Shown here piece after piece: positions 9,883-19,395 of a DNA stretch of 64,000 nt; positions within the stretch are counted from its first letter, which is position 1; every line of letters begins with the position of its first letter. The stretch is taken from contig JAJZEV010000006.1 of the NCBI GenBank assembly GCA_021805665.1, positions 6-64,005 on the forward strand. The letters run 5' to 3'. The position numbers and the translations under genes are program-made. This DNA is from Pseudomonadota bacterium (GTDB taxonomy: Bacteria; Pseudomonadota; Alphaproteobacteria; Acetobacterales; Acetobacteraceae). The notes below the pieces were generated by a model. That model made no database searches. It saw only the letters and a list, made by a program, of their open reading frames with translations, and had not been told where the DNA came from.

Positions 9883-10854
9883 CTATGGGATCAGTACGGT
9901 GCTGCCCGTGGTCTGGCGGGTTTCCAGCGCGACATGGGCAGCGCCGGCGTCCTTCAGCGGGAAGGTCTGGTTGACCTGAATCTTGACGGCGCCGCTGCCA
10001 ACGACGTCGAAAAGGTCAGCGGCCACACGCTCCAGATCCGCGCGCTTGGAGGTGTAGGTCGCCAGTGTCGGCCGGGTCAGATACAGGCTGCCCTTGGCGG
10101 CAAGGATACCAAGGTCGAACGGTGGCACAGGGCCGGACGCATTGCCGTAGCTGGCCATCAGACCCAGTGGGGCGAGGGAGTCGAGCGAGGCGTTGAACGT
10201 GTCCTTGCCCACGCTGTCATATACCACCGGAACCATCGCGCCGCCGGTGATGCGCTTCACTTCCTGTACCAGCGTCCCATGCCCGATCACGGTGTGGGCG
10301 GCACCATGCGCCCGCGCGAGCGCGGCCTTTTCCTCACTGGACACGACCCCGATCACCGTCGCGCCGATGTGCTTCGCCCACTGACACATGATCAGGCCGA
10401 CGCCGCCGGCTGTGGCGTGAACCACGATCGTGTCGCCGGCCTTCACCGTATAGGTGCGTCGCAGCAGGTACTGCGCGGTCATGCCTTGCAGCATCATCGC
10501 CGCGCCAGTCTGGAAGTCGATCGAATCCGGCAGCCTTACCAGCCGATCCGCCGGTATCGCGCGTTCGGTCGCATAGCCGCCCAGCGGGCCGGCATAGGCA
10601 ACACGATCCCCGGCGGCAACCGAGGTGACGTTCGCACCCACGGCGACGACCGTGCCGGCGCCTTCCTGCCCGATGATCAGCGGCATGTTTGGTGCTTTGT
10701 ACAGACCGGTGCGGAAATACACGTCGATGAAGTTCAGGCCGACCGCCTCATGCTTGATCAGCGCCTCGTTCGGGCCGGGTTCCGGTGTTGGGACGTCTTC
10801 CCACAGCATTACCTCCGGACCGCCATTGGCGTGGATGCGGATGGCCTTTGTCAT
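9883..10854 (-). CDS. qor: NADPH:quinone oxidoreductase (MDR/zeta-crystallin family)
   Basis: GLNFIDVYFRTGLY, GQEGAG, QGMTAQYLL, AGGVG, YDSVGKDTF, KGSLYLTRPTL. Confidence 0.92.
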   Translation of the reverse strand: MTKAIRIHANGGPEVMLWEDVPTPEPGPNEALIKHEAVGLNFIDVYFRTGLYKAPNMPLIIGQEGAGTVVAVGANVTSVAAGDRVAYAGPLGGYATERAIPADRLVRLPDSIDFQTGAAMMLQGMTAQYLLRRTYTVKAGDTIVVHATAGGVGLIMCQWAKHIGATVIGVVSSEEKAALARAHGAAHTVIGHGTLVQEVKRITGGAMVPVVYDSVGKDTFNASLDSLAPLGLMASYGNASGPVPPFDLGILAAKGSLYLTRPTLATYTSKRADLERVAADLFDVVGSGAVKIQVNQTFPLKDAGAAHVALETRQTTGSTVLIP

Positions 10855-10893
10855 GTCGTGTCTCCGTCAAACGTGGTGGGGCGACGAGGTGGT

Positions 10894-11349
10894 TCACAGC
10901 AATGTTCGGTTCGGATGTTCCAACTCCAGCAGCCAGCGCTTGGTCGGCAATCCGTCGCCGCCGGAGTAGCCGCCAATGTGCGAGACCGCAACAACCCTGT
11001 GGCAGGGGATAATCAGCGGAATCGGATTGCGGCCATTGGCCTGGCCGACCGACCTTGGGCTTCCGCCGGCTTTCCGCGCGATATCGACATAGCTACGGGT
11101 TTCGCCATAGGGAATTTCGCACAGGACCTGCCACACAGCCCGGCGGTACGGAGTTCCCGTCGGGGCGAGCGGCAGATCGAAAGCGGTCAGGATCCCGTCG
11201 AAATAGGCTTCCAACTGCGCGCGCGCGCGTTCCAGCACCGGGGCGGGCTCCTGATCCGGAACCCATCCCCAGTCCAGGGAGACGATAGCACCGTCTTGCT
11301 CGAAGACCGTGATGTCCCCGACGGGCGTATGCATCGATAGGTGCGCCAC
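10894..11349 (-). CDS. ogt: Methylated-DNA--protein-cysteine methyltransferase
   Basis: IPYGETRSY, RSVGQANGRNP, active-site PCHRV. Confidence 0.93.
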   Translation of the reverse strand: MAHLSMHTPVGDITVFEQDGAIVSLDWGWVPDQEPAPVLERARAQLEAYFDGILTAFDLPLAPTGTPYRRAVWQVLCEIPYGETRSYVDIARKAGGSPRSVGQANGRNPIPLIIPCHRVVAVSHIGGYSGGDGLPTKRWLLELEHPNRTLL

Positions 11350-11628
11350 TGGCGGTATCCCAGATTAGACCAGGGGATGCGAACCCTGTGCGAAGGCCCC
11401 TGTCAAGGGCAGGCATGGCTCCATGCCTGCCGAACAAGCCCACAGCCGCGTCAACCAGCCGCGAAACCGATGCAAAAACCTCCATCCCGCCGTTGGCCGT
11501 GCCGTCGCGGTAAAAAGGCCGCCGCCGGCCATGGCCAAAAACCAGCGGCGGGTCGCCCGTCAGTCCGAAACGCCGACCGGCCCGATGGACCCGCTCGCGC
11601 AACCGTGCGGCACAGGGGCTGTCCCACG

Positions 11629-11653
11629 GCAACCGGACGGCCTAAATCTCGTT
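11629..11653 (+). promoter_or_regulatory. sigma-EcfG (general stress response)-type promoter
   Basis: GCAAC-N16-CGTT 33 nt upstream of the ATG at 11687; RBS GGAAGGAG follows. Confidence 0.5.
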
Positions 11654-11686
11654 CCGGTTCGAACTAGATTCGGAAGGAGAGACCAA

Positions 11687-11956
11687 ATGGCTTTCGCCAA
11701 CGACGCGCAAGGCAAACTGGACGACGCCCGGGCCCAGATCGCGAGGCTGCGCGACCAGGTGGAGACACTGATGAAGGACCGGGCCTCTCCGGCAATTGCC
11801 GACTTCGCGGGTCGAGCGGAAAGCGCCGCCCACACCGCTGGCGACGTGTTCAAGGACCAGGCAAAAATGGTGTCCGGTCGGGTGAAGGAACAGCCGCTGA
11901 TAGCGCTAGCCATCGCCGCCGCCGTCGGTTGGGTCATTGGCCGCGCGATGCGCTGA
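11687..11956 (+). CDS. DUF883/ElaB/YqjD-like tail-anchored protein
   Basis: 89 aa helical protein ending VKEQPLIALAIAAAVGWVIGRAMR; strong RBS. Confidence 0.8.
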   Translation: MAFANDAQGKLDDARAQIARLRDQVETLMKDRASPAIADFAGRAESAAHTAGDVFKDQAKMVSGRVKEQPLIALAIAAAVGWVIGRAMR

Positions 11957-11959
11957 CCG

Positions 11960-12361
11960 ATGCGCCCCTTTCGGCTTGCCCGGATAGCCGCGGAGGCCGA
12001 GGGAGTTCGCCTGCGCGCCTTGGCTACCCGTATCGCGACCCGGGCCGCTTTCGCAATCGTGGCGCTGGTCTTTCTGGCCGGCGCTCTGGTGTTCGCGCAC
12101 CTTGCCGCGTGGTATGAACTGCGAACGGCGCTCGAACTGTCCTATCTGCTGTCCGTTGCCAGCTTGGGTGGCGCCGATCTCCTTGTGGCAATTGTCCTGC
12201 TGGTTCTCGCCAGCCGGTCCTCCCCAAGCCGCGTGGAAATCGAAGCGCTGGAAGTGCGCCGTAAGGCAATCGAAGGCATCGGCAGCGCGATGAGCATCAC
12301 GGCGCTGTTGCTGCCGCTGGTAAGGCTCGCCACCAGCTTCCGGCGACGCCGCCGCGACTGA
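11960..12361 (+). CDS. Two-TM membrane protein (YqjE/holin-superfamily-like)
   Basis: Two hydrophobic helices; 3 nt after the DUF883 gene, as in ElaB/YqjD-YqjE arrangements. Confidence 0.65.
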   Translation: MRPFRLARIAAEAEGVRLRALATRIATRAAFAIVALVFLAGALVFAHLAAWYELRTALELSYLLSVASLGGADLLVAIVLLVLASRSSPSRVEIEALEVRRKAIEGIGSAMSITALLLPLVRLATSFRRRRRD

Positions 12362-12425
12362 GGGACAATAATCCCCCGGCAGAACGCCGCCGCTATCCGC
12401 TTCGGACGAGACCTTCGCCCCGGTC

Positions 12426-14219
12426 TCAGTGGTTGTTGCGCGACTCCCCGCGGGTTTCGATCACGTCCAGGAACAGTGTCGCCGGTTCCAGGCAAGCGCC
12501 CGAACCCAACTGTCCGACCATCGAACGGTAAATTTCCTCCCAGGGCGTCATCGTTACCAGCTTCGGCGGGGTCCATGCGGCCCTGCGCGCTTCCAGTTCA
12601 CCCTCTGGCAACAGCACATCGACTTTGCGGGTATTCAGGTCGATCCTGATCCGATCGCCTGTTTTCAACAGCGCCAGACCACCGCCAACCGCCGCCTCGG
12701 GCGACACGTTCAGGATCGACGGCGAACCCGACGTTCCAGATTGGCGTCCATCGCCCATCGTCGGCAGCGTGTTGATCCCGCGCTTCAGCAACGACGCCGG
12801 CGGCTGCATATTCACCACCTCCGCGCTGCCGGGATATCCCACCGGTCCGCAGTTGCGGATGATCAGTACCGATTGATCCTCCACACCCAAATCGGGGTCT
12901 TCGATGCGGTGGTGATAGTCCTCGGGCCCCTCGAACACGATCGCCTTGCCTTCGAACACGTTGGGCCGATCCGGATTGGACAGGAACCGTTCGCGGAAAT
13001 CTTTGTCGATAACGCTGATTTTCATCACCGCGCTGTCGAACAAATTGCCCGACATCACCACATAACCTGCCGCCGGCAACAGCGGCTTGTCGTACGCTCG
13101 GATTACCTCCCGGTCACCATCAGGCACATCGGCCAGATCTTCGGCCAGCGTGCGCCCGGTCACCGTAAGAACTCCTCCATGCAGCTTGCCCGCCGCCATC
13201 AACTCCTTCATCACCGCCGGCACCCCGCCCGCGCGATGGAACTTCTCGCCCAGGAACCGACCCGCCGGTTGCAGATCGACCAGCAGCGGAATCTCCGGCC
13301 CCAGGCGCTGCCAGTCTTCCAGATCGTGCTCCACCCCCATATGCCGGGCGATGGCGATCATGTGGATCGGACAGTTGGAGGAGGCGCCGAGGGCGGCCGC
13401 GGCGACCACCGCATTCTCGAACGCTTGTTTGGTCATGATGTCGGATGGGCGCAGGTTTTCCTTCACCATGCCAACGATGCGTTTGCCGGTTTCGAACGCC
13501 ATCCATCCGCGTTCCCGATAGGGCGCCGGAATCGCGGCGCAACCGGGCAGCGACATTCCCAGCGCCTCGGCCAGTGAGTTCATGGACGTCGCCGTGCCCA
13601 TGGTGTTGCAATGCCCAACCGATGGCGCGGACGAGGATACCATGTCCATGAATTCGTCGTAGCCGATCTTGCCTTCGGCGAACTGCTTGCGGCCCTCCCA
13701 GACGATGGTGCCGGAGCCGGAAAGCCTGCCCTTCCACCACCCATCCAGCATCGGCCCGCCCGACAGCACGATGGCGGGGATGTTCACCGTCGCTGCGCCC
13801 ATCAGCAGCGCGGGGGTGGTCTTGTCGCAGCCGGCCGTCAGTACCACGCCATCCAGCGGGTAGCCGTGCAGCACTTCCACTAAAGAAAGATATGCCAGGT
13901 TACGGTCCAACGCCGCTGTCGGCCGCTTGCCGGTTTCCTGGATCGGGTGGCATGGGAATTCCAGCGGCACACCGCCCGCATCGCGGATGCCGTCGCGGAT
14001 GCGGCTGGCGAGTTCGATATGATGCCGGTTGCAGGGCGACAGGTCGGACCCGGTCTGCGCGATGCCGATGATGGGCTTGCCGCCGCGCAGTTCGTCCGGC
14101 GTGATGCCGTAATTCATGTACCGTTCAAGGTACAGCGCCGTCATCGCCGGATCGCCCGGTTCGTCGAACCAGCGCCGCGAGCGCAGACGCTTGTCCCCAC
14201 CGCCATTGTGACTGGTCAT
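12426..14219 (-). CDS. xylD: IlvD/Edd-family sugar-acid dehydratase, D-xylonate dehydratase-like
   Basis: Start MTSHNGG (14219). [67 protein letters not shown] and the RNNH end resemble Caulobacter XylD as recalled; substrate not proven. Confidence 0.8.
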   Translation of the reverse strand: MTSHNGGGDKRLRSRRWFDEPGDPAMTALYLERYMNYGITPDELRGGKPIIGIAQTGSDLSPCNRHHIELASRIRDGIRDAGGVPLEFPCHPIQETGKRPTAALDRNLAYLSLVEVLHGYPLDGVVLTAGCDKTTPALLMGAATVNIPAIVLSGGPMLDGWWKGRLSGSGTIVWEGRKQFAEGKIGYDEFMDMVSSSAPSVGHCNTMGTATSMNSLAEALGMSLPGCAAIPAPYRERGWMAFETGKRIVGMVKENLRPSDIMTKQAFENAVVAAAALGASSNCPIHMIAIARHMGVEHDLEDWQRLGPEIPLLVDLQPAGRFLGEKFHRAGGVPAVMKELMAAGKLHGGVLTVTGRTLAEDLADVPDGDREVIRAYDKPLLPAAGYVVMSGNLFDSAVMKISVIDKDFRERFLSNPDRPNVFEGKAIVFEGPEDYHHRIEDPDLGVEDQSVLIIRNCGPVGYPGSAEVVNMQPPASLLKRGINTLPTMGDGRQSGTSGSPSILNVSPEAAVGGGLALLKTGDRIRIDLNTRKVDVLLPEGELEARRAAWTPPKLVTMTPWEEIYRSMVGQLGSGACLEPATLFLDVIETRGESRNNH

Positions 14220-14389
14220 AACGATTCCTCCACAGGGTCTGTCGCGGCGGACACTGTGCGGATGGCGAAGTCGGGTCAAGCGGTCTTGTCGTCATGGCTG
14301 GGCGCAAAATGCATGATCTCCGGGTCCGCTTGCCCAGCCCCGGGTTCGATGATGAAATCCAGTTCGTAAATCGAAGAAGGGAACGACCG

Positions 14390-16324
14390 ATGTTCGAAGC
14401 CGCGGTCCAAGACGAAGCGGCCCTGCGCGCCGCACTCGCCGATGCCGATATCGCGCCGATGCTGATGGTGCTGGCCCAACTCAGCGGCGACATGGACATT
14501 CTGGACGAAGTCGCCCCCCACATCCATGGCGCCTGGAGCTTCATGGAAGCCGTACCGGAAGATCTGAAGCAAAAGGTCCGCGACCGCCTGGTGGCAAGCC
14601 TGCAAGACTACGCCGCCACCGGCCGCCAGCCCCCGATCGACCTGCCCGGGGCCACCTTGCAACGCATGATGAGCGCGGGGGTCGGCCAAACCGTCCCCGC
14701 CGAATACATTCCGCTTCTGGTCGAGGAAACCCAGCTTGCGTCGGAGGATTCCCGAGCGGTCCATTGGCGCCGTCCGGGCGTGGTGGCCGATGGATTTAAG
14801 GTGGTCATCATTGGCGCCGGCTTTTCCGGCCTGTGTTCCGCGATCCGGCTGAAGGAAATGGGCATCCCCTTCGTTATTCTTGAAAAAAACAAGGATGTCG
14901 GCGGCACCTGGCTGGAAAATACCTATCCCGGCTGTGCCGTCGATACGCCCAACCATTTCTATTCGTATTCCTTCAACCAAAGCGACACGTGGACACGCCA
15001 TTTTTCCCGCCGGGACGAAATCCTGGCCTATATCGGTGCCACCGCCGATAAATTCGGCTTGCGCCAGCACATCCGTTTCGGTGCCGAAGTCATCCGCGCG
15101 GCCTTCAACGAAGCCACATCGGGGTGGGGGGTGACACTCCGCACCATCGATCAAGACTCCGAAACAATCGAAGCCAATGCCGTGATCTGCGCGGTTGGCC
15201 AGCTCAACCGCCCCCAGATGCCGCCCATTCCGGGGATCGACCGGTTCCAGGGGCCGCTGTTCCACACCGCCAGATGGGATTCGTCGGTCGATCTGAAAGG
15301 CAAGCGTGTCGCCATCGTCGGCACCGGCGCCAGCGCCATGCAAACCGGCCCGTCGATCGCGCCCGATGTCGCGAAGCTGCTGATCTTTCAGCGCACCCGC
15401 CACTGGGCTGCCAACAACCCCAATTACCACAAGGAAGTCAGCCCCGGTAACCGCTGGGCCATCGCCAACATTCCATTCTTTGCCAAATGGATGCGCTTCC
15501 AGTTGTTCTGGGCCGGCTCCGACGGCTTCCATGCTTCGTTGAAAATGGATCCGAACTGGCCCCGGCCGGATATCTCCCTGAACGAAGCAAACCACAGGAT
15601 GCGGGAGGCGATGATCGAGCACATCCGCAACGAACTGGACGGCGACGAGGAACTGCTGGCGAAGGTCGTTCCGCCTTACCCGCCATACGGCAAGCGGATG
15701 TTGCGCGATAACCACTGGTACCGGATGCTAAAACGCCCCAATGTCGAGTTGGTGACCGACGCCATCGATCATATCGATGAAGATTCGATCGTCATGAAGG
15801 ACGGTTCTGCGCATAAGGCAGATGTCGTCGTCATGGCCACCGGATTCCAGGCGTCCAGGATGCTTTGGCCGATGGAAATCGTGGGCCGTGGCGGCCGCAC
15901 CATCCGCGATGCCTGGGGCGACGACGACCCGCGTGCTTTTTTGGGTATAACCATGCCCGGCTTTCCGAACCTGTTTCTGACCTATGGCCCCAACACCAAT
16001 CTTGCCCATGGCGGCAGCATCATTTTCCACACGGAGTGCCAGGTGCGCTACATCGCCCAAGCCCTGCGCGACATGATCGAAAACGGCCATGCCACTTTGG
16101 AAGTCACCACAAGTGCGCACGACACATATAACGAGAGACTCGATGAGGTTTGCAAAAATATGGTCTGGACGCATCCGGGCGTGACGAGCTGGTACAAGAA
16201 CAAGCACAACCGGTTGACCGTCACATCGCCCTGGACCCTGCTGGACTACTGGAAGCTGACCCGTACGTTCGATCCGGCCGACTACCGCGCGGAGCCAGCA
16301 ACCCAAGCGATCGCCGCGGAATGA
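14390..16324 (+). CDS. Type I Baeyer-Villiger monooxygenase with N-terminal extension (4-hydroxyacetophenone monooxygenase-like)
   Basis: GAGFSG, GGTW..NTYPGCAVD, FQGPLFHTARW fingerprint, GTGASA, ATGF; 644 aa including a ~135-aa extension. Confidence 0.88.
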   Translation: MFEAAVQDEAALRAALADADIAPMLMVLAQLSGDMDILDEVAPHIHGAWSFMEAVPEDLKQKVRDRLVASLQDYAATGRQPPIDLPGATLQRMMSAGVGQTVPAEYIPLLVEETQLASEDSRAVHWRRPGVVADGFKVVIIGAGFSGLCSAIRLKEMGIPFVILEKNKDVGGTWLENTYPGCAVDTPNHFYSYSFNQSDTWTRHFSRRDEILAYIGATADKFGLRQHIRFGAEVIRAAFNEATSGWGVTLRTIDQDSETIEANAVICAVGQLNRPQMPPIPGIDRFQGPLFHTARWDSSVDLKGKRVAIVGTGASAMQTGPSIAPDVAKLLIFQRTRHWAANNPNYHKEVSPGNRWAIANIPFFAKWMRFQLFWAGSDGFHASLKMDPNWPRPDISLNEANHRMREAMIEHIRNELDGDEELLAKVVPPYPPYGKRMLRDNHWYRMLKRPNVELVTDAIDHIDEDSIVMKDGSAHKADVVVMATGFQASRMLWPMEIVGRGGRTIRDAWGDDDPRAFLGITMPGFPNLFLTYGPNTNLAHGGSIIFHTECQVRYIAQALRDMIENGHATLEVTTSAHDTYNERLDEVCKNMVWTHPGVTSWYKNKHNRLTVTSPWTLLDYWKLTRTFDPADYRAEPATQAIAAE

Positions 16325-16357
16325 CGCCAAGCGGGGCAAAGCCCCGGGCGCAAACCG

Positions 16358-17110
16358 CTATTCATTCTCCCCGACAAACGCCGCAAACGTCTTCGCCAGT
16401 TCCTCGACGGAGACATCAAACAGCCGCCGTCCGTATTCCGGCGTCGCCAGCCCGGGATTGGACCCGATTCGCCCGTCCGGGAAGCGCCGCCGGTAGTCTG
16501 CTGGCCCATGAAACCGCCCCGTCGGCGCCCGCGGCGGGTCCAGCTCCGCCTGCTTGATCGCGTCCGGCAGTACATACTGCGTCACGGCGACCTCGCTTGC
16601 CGTCGCGTGGCTGCCCTCATTCTCGCCGAACATCTCCTTGGCCAGGTCGTGCATCGCTTTGCCGTCCCACCAGTTAGCCAGCCGGCAGCGCAGCTCGTCA
16701 TCCCGCCGGGCACCGAACGCGCCCTCGAATTCAGCATAGATTTCGGAAAATGCTGCCTGCACCGTGGCGATATTGCCCCCGTGCCCGTTGATAAAAAAGA
16801 ATCGTCTGAAACCATGCCGCGCAAGCGAAAGGACATAATCGTGGATGATCGCGATCAGCGTGGACGGCCGCACCGTCATCGATCCAGCGAACCCCATATG
16901 ATGCACCGCGATCCCTACACCGATCGTCGGCCCGACCATGACTTCGGCCGCCTCGCCCACGCCCTTGGCGATCACCTCCGCGCAAATCGCATCGGTGCCG
17001 ATCAGTCCGTTCGGCCCGTGCTGTTCCGTCGATCCGATGGGCAGGACGATCGCCTTGGACCGCCCGAGATAGGCTTCGACTTCCTGCCATGTCTGATGTT
17101 GCAAAAGCAT
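16358..17110 (-). CDS. Creatininase/creatinine amidohydrolase family protein
   Basis: PIGSTEQHG..GTD, NGHGGN, SHA..SE metal-binding motifs. Confidence 0.9.
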   Translation of the reverse strand: MLLQHQTWQEVEAYLGRSKAIVLPIGSTEQHGPNGLIGTDAICAEVIAKGVGEAAEVMVGPTIGVGIAVHHMGFAGSMTVRPSTLIAIIHDYVLSLARHGFRRFFFINGHGGNIATVQAAFSEIYAEFEGAFGARRDDELRCRLANWWDGKAMHDLAKEMFGENEGSHATASEVAVTQYVLPDAIKQAELDPPRAPTGRFHGPADYRRRFPDGRIGSNPGLATPEYGRRLFDVSVEELAKTFAAFVGENE

Positions 17111-17154
17111 GCCCTGTGATCCTCCCCGGCCGATACCCTAACCCGGTCACGGCG

Positions 17155-17183
17155 TTGACGATACCGCCCTGCCAAACCATGCT
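17155..17183 (+). promoter_or_regulatory. sigma70-type promoter of the amidohydrolase gene
   Basis: TTGACG-N17-CATGCT ending 27 nt before the ATG. Confidence 0.45.
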
Positions 17184-17210
17184 GGATACAACGCACGCAA
17201 GGGGACGGAA

Positions 17211-18284
17211 ATGGCCATCATCGGCGACTCAAAGGGTGCCTACCCGGGACTCGTCTATCGCAACAATGCCGATCTGAAAGCGTGGCTGGACAAACGTCCG
17301 CGGGAGGAGGCGCTGGAACCCGATCTGCCTGTCATCGATCCGCATCACCATCTGTGGGACACGCCCCATCGCGGGACCTATTTCCTGCCCGATTTCCTGG
17401 CAGATATCGGCGGCGGTCACAATATCGTTTCTACCGTGTACATGGAATGTCAGTCGATGTACCGCGCCAACGGCCCCGCCGAAATGGCGCCGGTGGGTGA
17501 GGTGGAGTTCGTCAATGGTGTCGCCGCCATGAGCGCGTCCGGCAACTACGGCCCGTGCCGCGTGGCCGAAACGATTATCGGATACGCCGACCTGCGCATC
17601 GGCGCCCGTGTCCGGGAAGTCCTGGAAGCCGAAATCGCCGCCGGTAACGGCCGCTTCCATGGCATCCGCCAAGGTGTGGCCTGGGACGGGGATGAATCGG
17701 TGGGCAAATTCGCCTCCCGCCTCGTCGCCCCGCATCTCGCCCGCGACCCCGTCTTCCGCGAAGGTTTCGCCCAACTTGCAAAGCTGGGCCTGAGCTTCGA
17801 ATCCTGGCAGTATCATCCGCAACTACCGGACGCCATCGACCTCGCCAGGGCGTTCCCCGACACCTCGATCATCCTCGATCACGTCGGCGGGGTGCTCGGT
17901 GTCGGCCCCTATTCGGGACGCCGGCCGGAGATCCTGGCAAGCTGGACAAAGGACATCCAGGAACTCGCGAAATGCCCCAATGTCACCGTCAAGCTGGGCG
18001 GCATGGGCATGACGTCGTTCGGCTTCGAACTCCACGAACGCGACCTCCCGCCATCGTCGCAAGACCTGGCCGACGCCTGGCGCCAGTACGTCGAACCCTG
18101 CATCGAGGCGTTTGGCGTCAACCGGTGCATGTTCGAAAGCAACTTCCCGCCAGACAAGCAGTCCGGCGGATACACAGAACTTTGGAACGCCTTCAAACGT
18201 ATAACCGCTGGCGCATCGGCTGATGAAAAGAAAGCCCTCTACAGCGGCACCGCGGCCCGCGTGTACCACCTGATCGTCCCCTGA
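17211..18284 (+). CDS. Amidohydrolase family 2 protein (lactonase/hydrolase-like)
   Basis: IDPHHHLWD, ILDHVGG, VKLGG, CMFESNFPPDK. Confidence 0.88.
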   Translation: MAIIGDSKGAYPGLVYRNNADLKAWLDKRPREEALEPDLPVIDPHHHLWDTPHRGTYFLPDFLADIGGGHNIVSTVYMECQSMYRANGPAEMAPVGEVEFVNGVAAMSASGNYGPCRVAETIIGYADLRIGARVREVLEAEIAAGNGRFHGIRQGVAWDGDESVGKFASRLVAPHLARDPVFREGFAQLAKLGLSFESWQYHPQLPDAIDLARAFPDTSIILDHVGGVLGVGPYSGRRPEILASWTKDIQELAKCPNVTVKLGGMGMTSFGFELHERDLPPSSQDLADAWRQYVEPCIEAFGVNRCMFESNFPPDKQSGGYTELWNAFKRITAGASADEKKALYSGTAARVYHLIVP

Positions 18285-18287
18285 ACG

Positions 18288-18338
18288 CCTGATCCCGGCC
18301 GCTCGGAGGAAAAAAAGCCGAGCGGCCGGCCGATCAGG
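18288..18338. terminator. Strong hairpin between convergent genes (possible bidirectional terminator)
   Basis: Perfect 12-bp stem ccggccgctcgg/ccgagcggccgg, extended by cctgatc/gatcagg; A-rich loop; overlaps the FAH stop. Confidence 0.6.
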
Positions 18339-19257
18339 TTGCTTTGGCGTATTGTCCGGCTAACTGGGGAGTCGGCCCCTCCAACCCGTTCCGCTGCCGG
18401 TCCAGCCGCGTCTCCCGCGACCACGTCCGCTTCAAATCGTCCCGCACGCTGATCCGCAGCCGGCCGAGACCCCCGGTTTCGATCTCCACCACATCCCCAT
18501 CCATGAAGCTCGACAGCCCGCGATGGTTGGTCCCGGTTGCCAGGATATCCCCAGGTTCCAGCGTATGGACCGATGAAACCCACTCGATGCACCGGGCAAT
18601 GTCGTGCGCCATGTCGTTGGTGTTGAAGTCCTGCTTGATCTCCCCGTTCACCGTCAGCCGGATCGGCAGATTTTGCGGATCGGCTATTTCATCGGCTGTC
18701 ACCAGATACGGCCCGATCGGCGCGAACGTCGCCCGGGACTTCATCGCGAAGAACCCTGCCGAGGGCAGCCCCCTAGCCGACCCGTCGATAAAGTTCATGT
18801 ATCCAAATACATAACCCATGGCCTCCGCCGCGGGGACATGGGAAGCACGCTTGCCGATCACGACGGCCATTTCGGCCTCGCCCTCGAAGATCGTTGCGGG
18901 TTCGTCAGGCAGCACCATCGTGTCGCCATGGCCGATGACCGCCGTCGCCGCCTTGTGGAAGGCGTTGATCTGCGGCTTCTTCGCCAGAGTGCCGTTTTCC
19001 ATGTAGTTCACCGCCATACAGACGATGTTGCCCGGCTTCGGCAACGGCGGGCGAATGCGCACATCGGCCAGCCGAATTCCGGCCCCCGTCGTCGCGGCTT
19101 CCAGCTTGGCGCGATAATCGCCGAATCTGGCGATCAGGCCGCTGATAAGGTCGCCCGGCCCGACATGGGGGATATCCTTCACCACGGCGGATACGTCGTG
19201 GATCACATCGCCCTTCACGGCGCCCAGCTTGAAGTCATCGAAAAATGCCAGCTTCAC
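18334..19257 (-). CDS. Fumarylacetoacetate hydrolase family protein
   Basis: GTG start with GGAGG RBS; VCMAVNY, FEGEAE, NFID.SAR, KS..TFAPIGP, LEPGDILATGT. Confidence 0.9.
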   Translation of the reverse strand: MKLAFFDDFKLGAVKGDVIHDVSAVVKDIPHVGPGDLISGLIARFGDYRAKLEAATTGAGIRLADVRIRPPLPKPGNIVCMAVNYMENGTLAKKPQINAFHKAATAVIGHGDTMVLPDEPATIFEGEAEMAVVIGKRASHVPAAEAMGYVFGYMNFIDGSARGLPSAGFFAMKSRATFAPIGPYLVTADEIADPQNLPIRLTVNGEIKQDFNTNDMAHDIARCIEWVSSVHTLEPGDILATGTNHRGLSSFMDGDVVEIETGGLGRLRISVRDDLKRTWSRETRLDRQRNGLEGPTPQLAGQYAKAT

Positions 19258-19395
19258 GGCGGTGCCTCCCGGCGCTGTTGTTATCGCGAGACAGTAGGAC
19301 AGTTCCCGGCCAACGCACCATCCCGGTGTGCCGCTGTTGCAGCCATTCACCGGCCGCGCCAAGCTACGAGGAACTGACCAACCGGAGAATCGCCC

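Noticed and set aside
16358-17110. Creatininase as mycofactocin peptidase MftE
   Set aside because: No MftA precursor (IDGMCGVY), MftB, radical SAM MftC or MftD in the window
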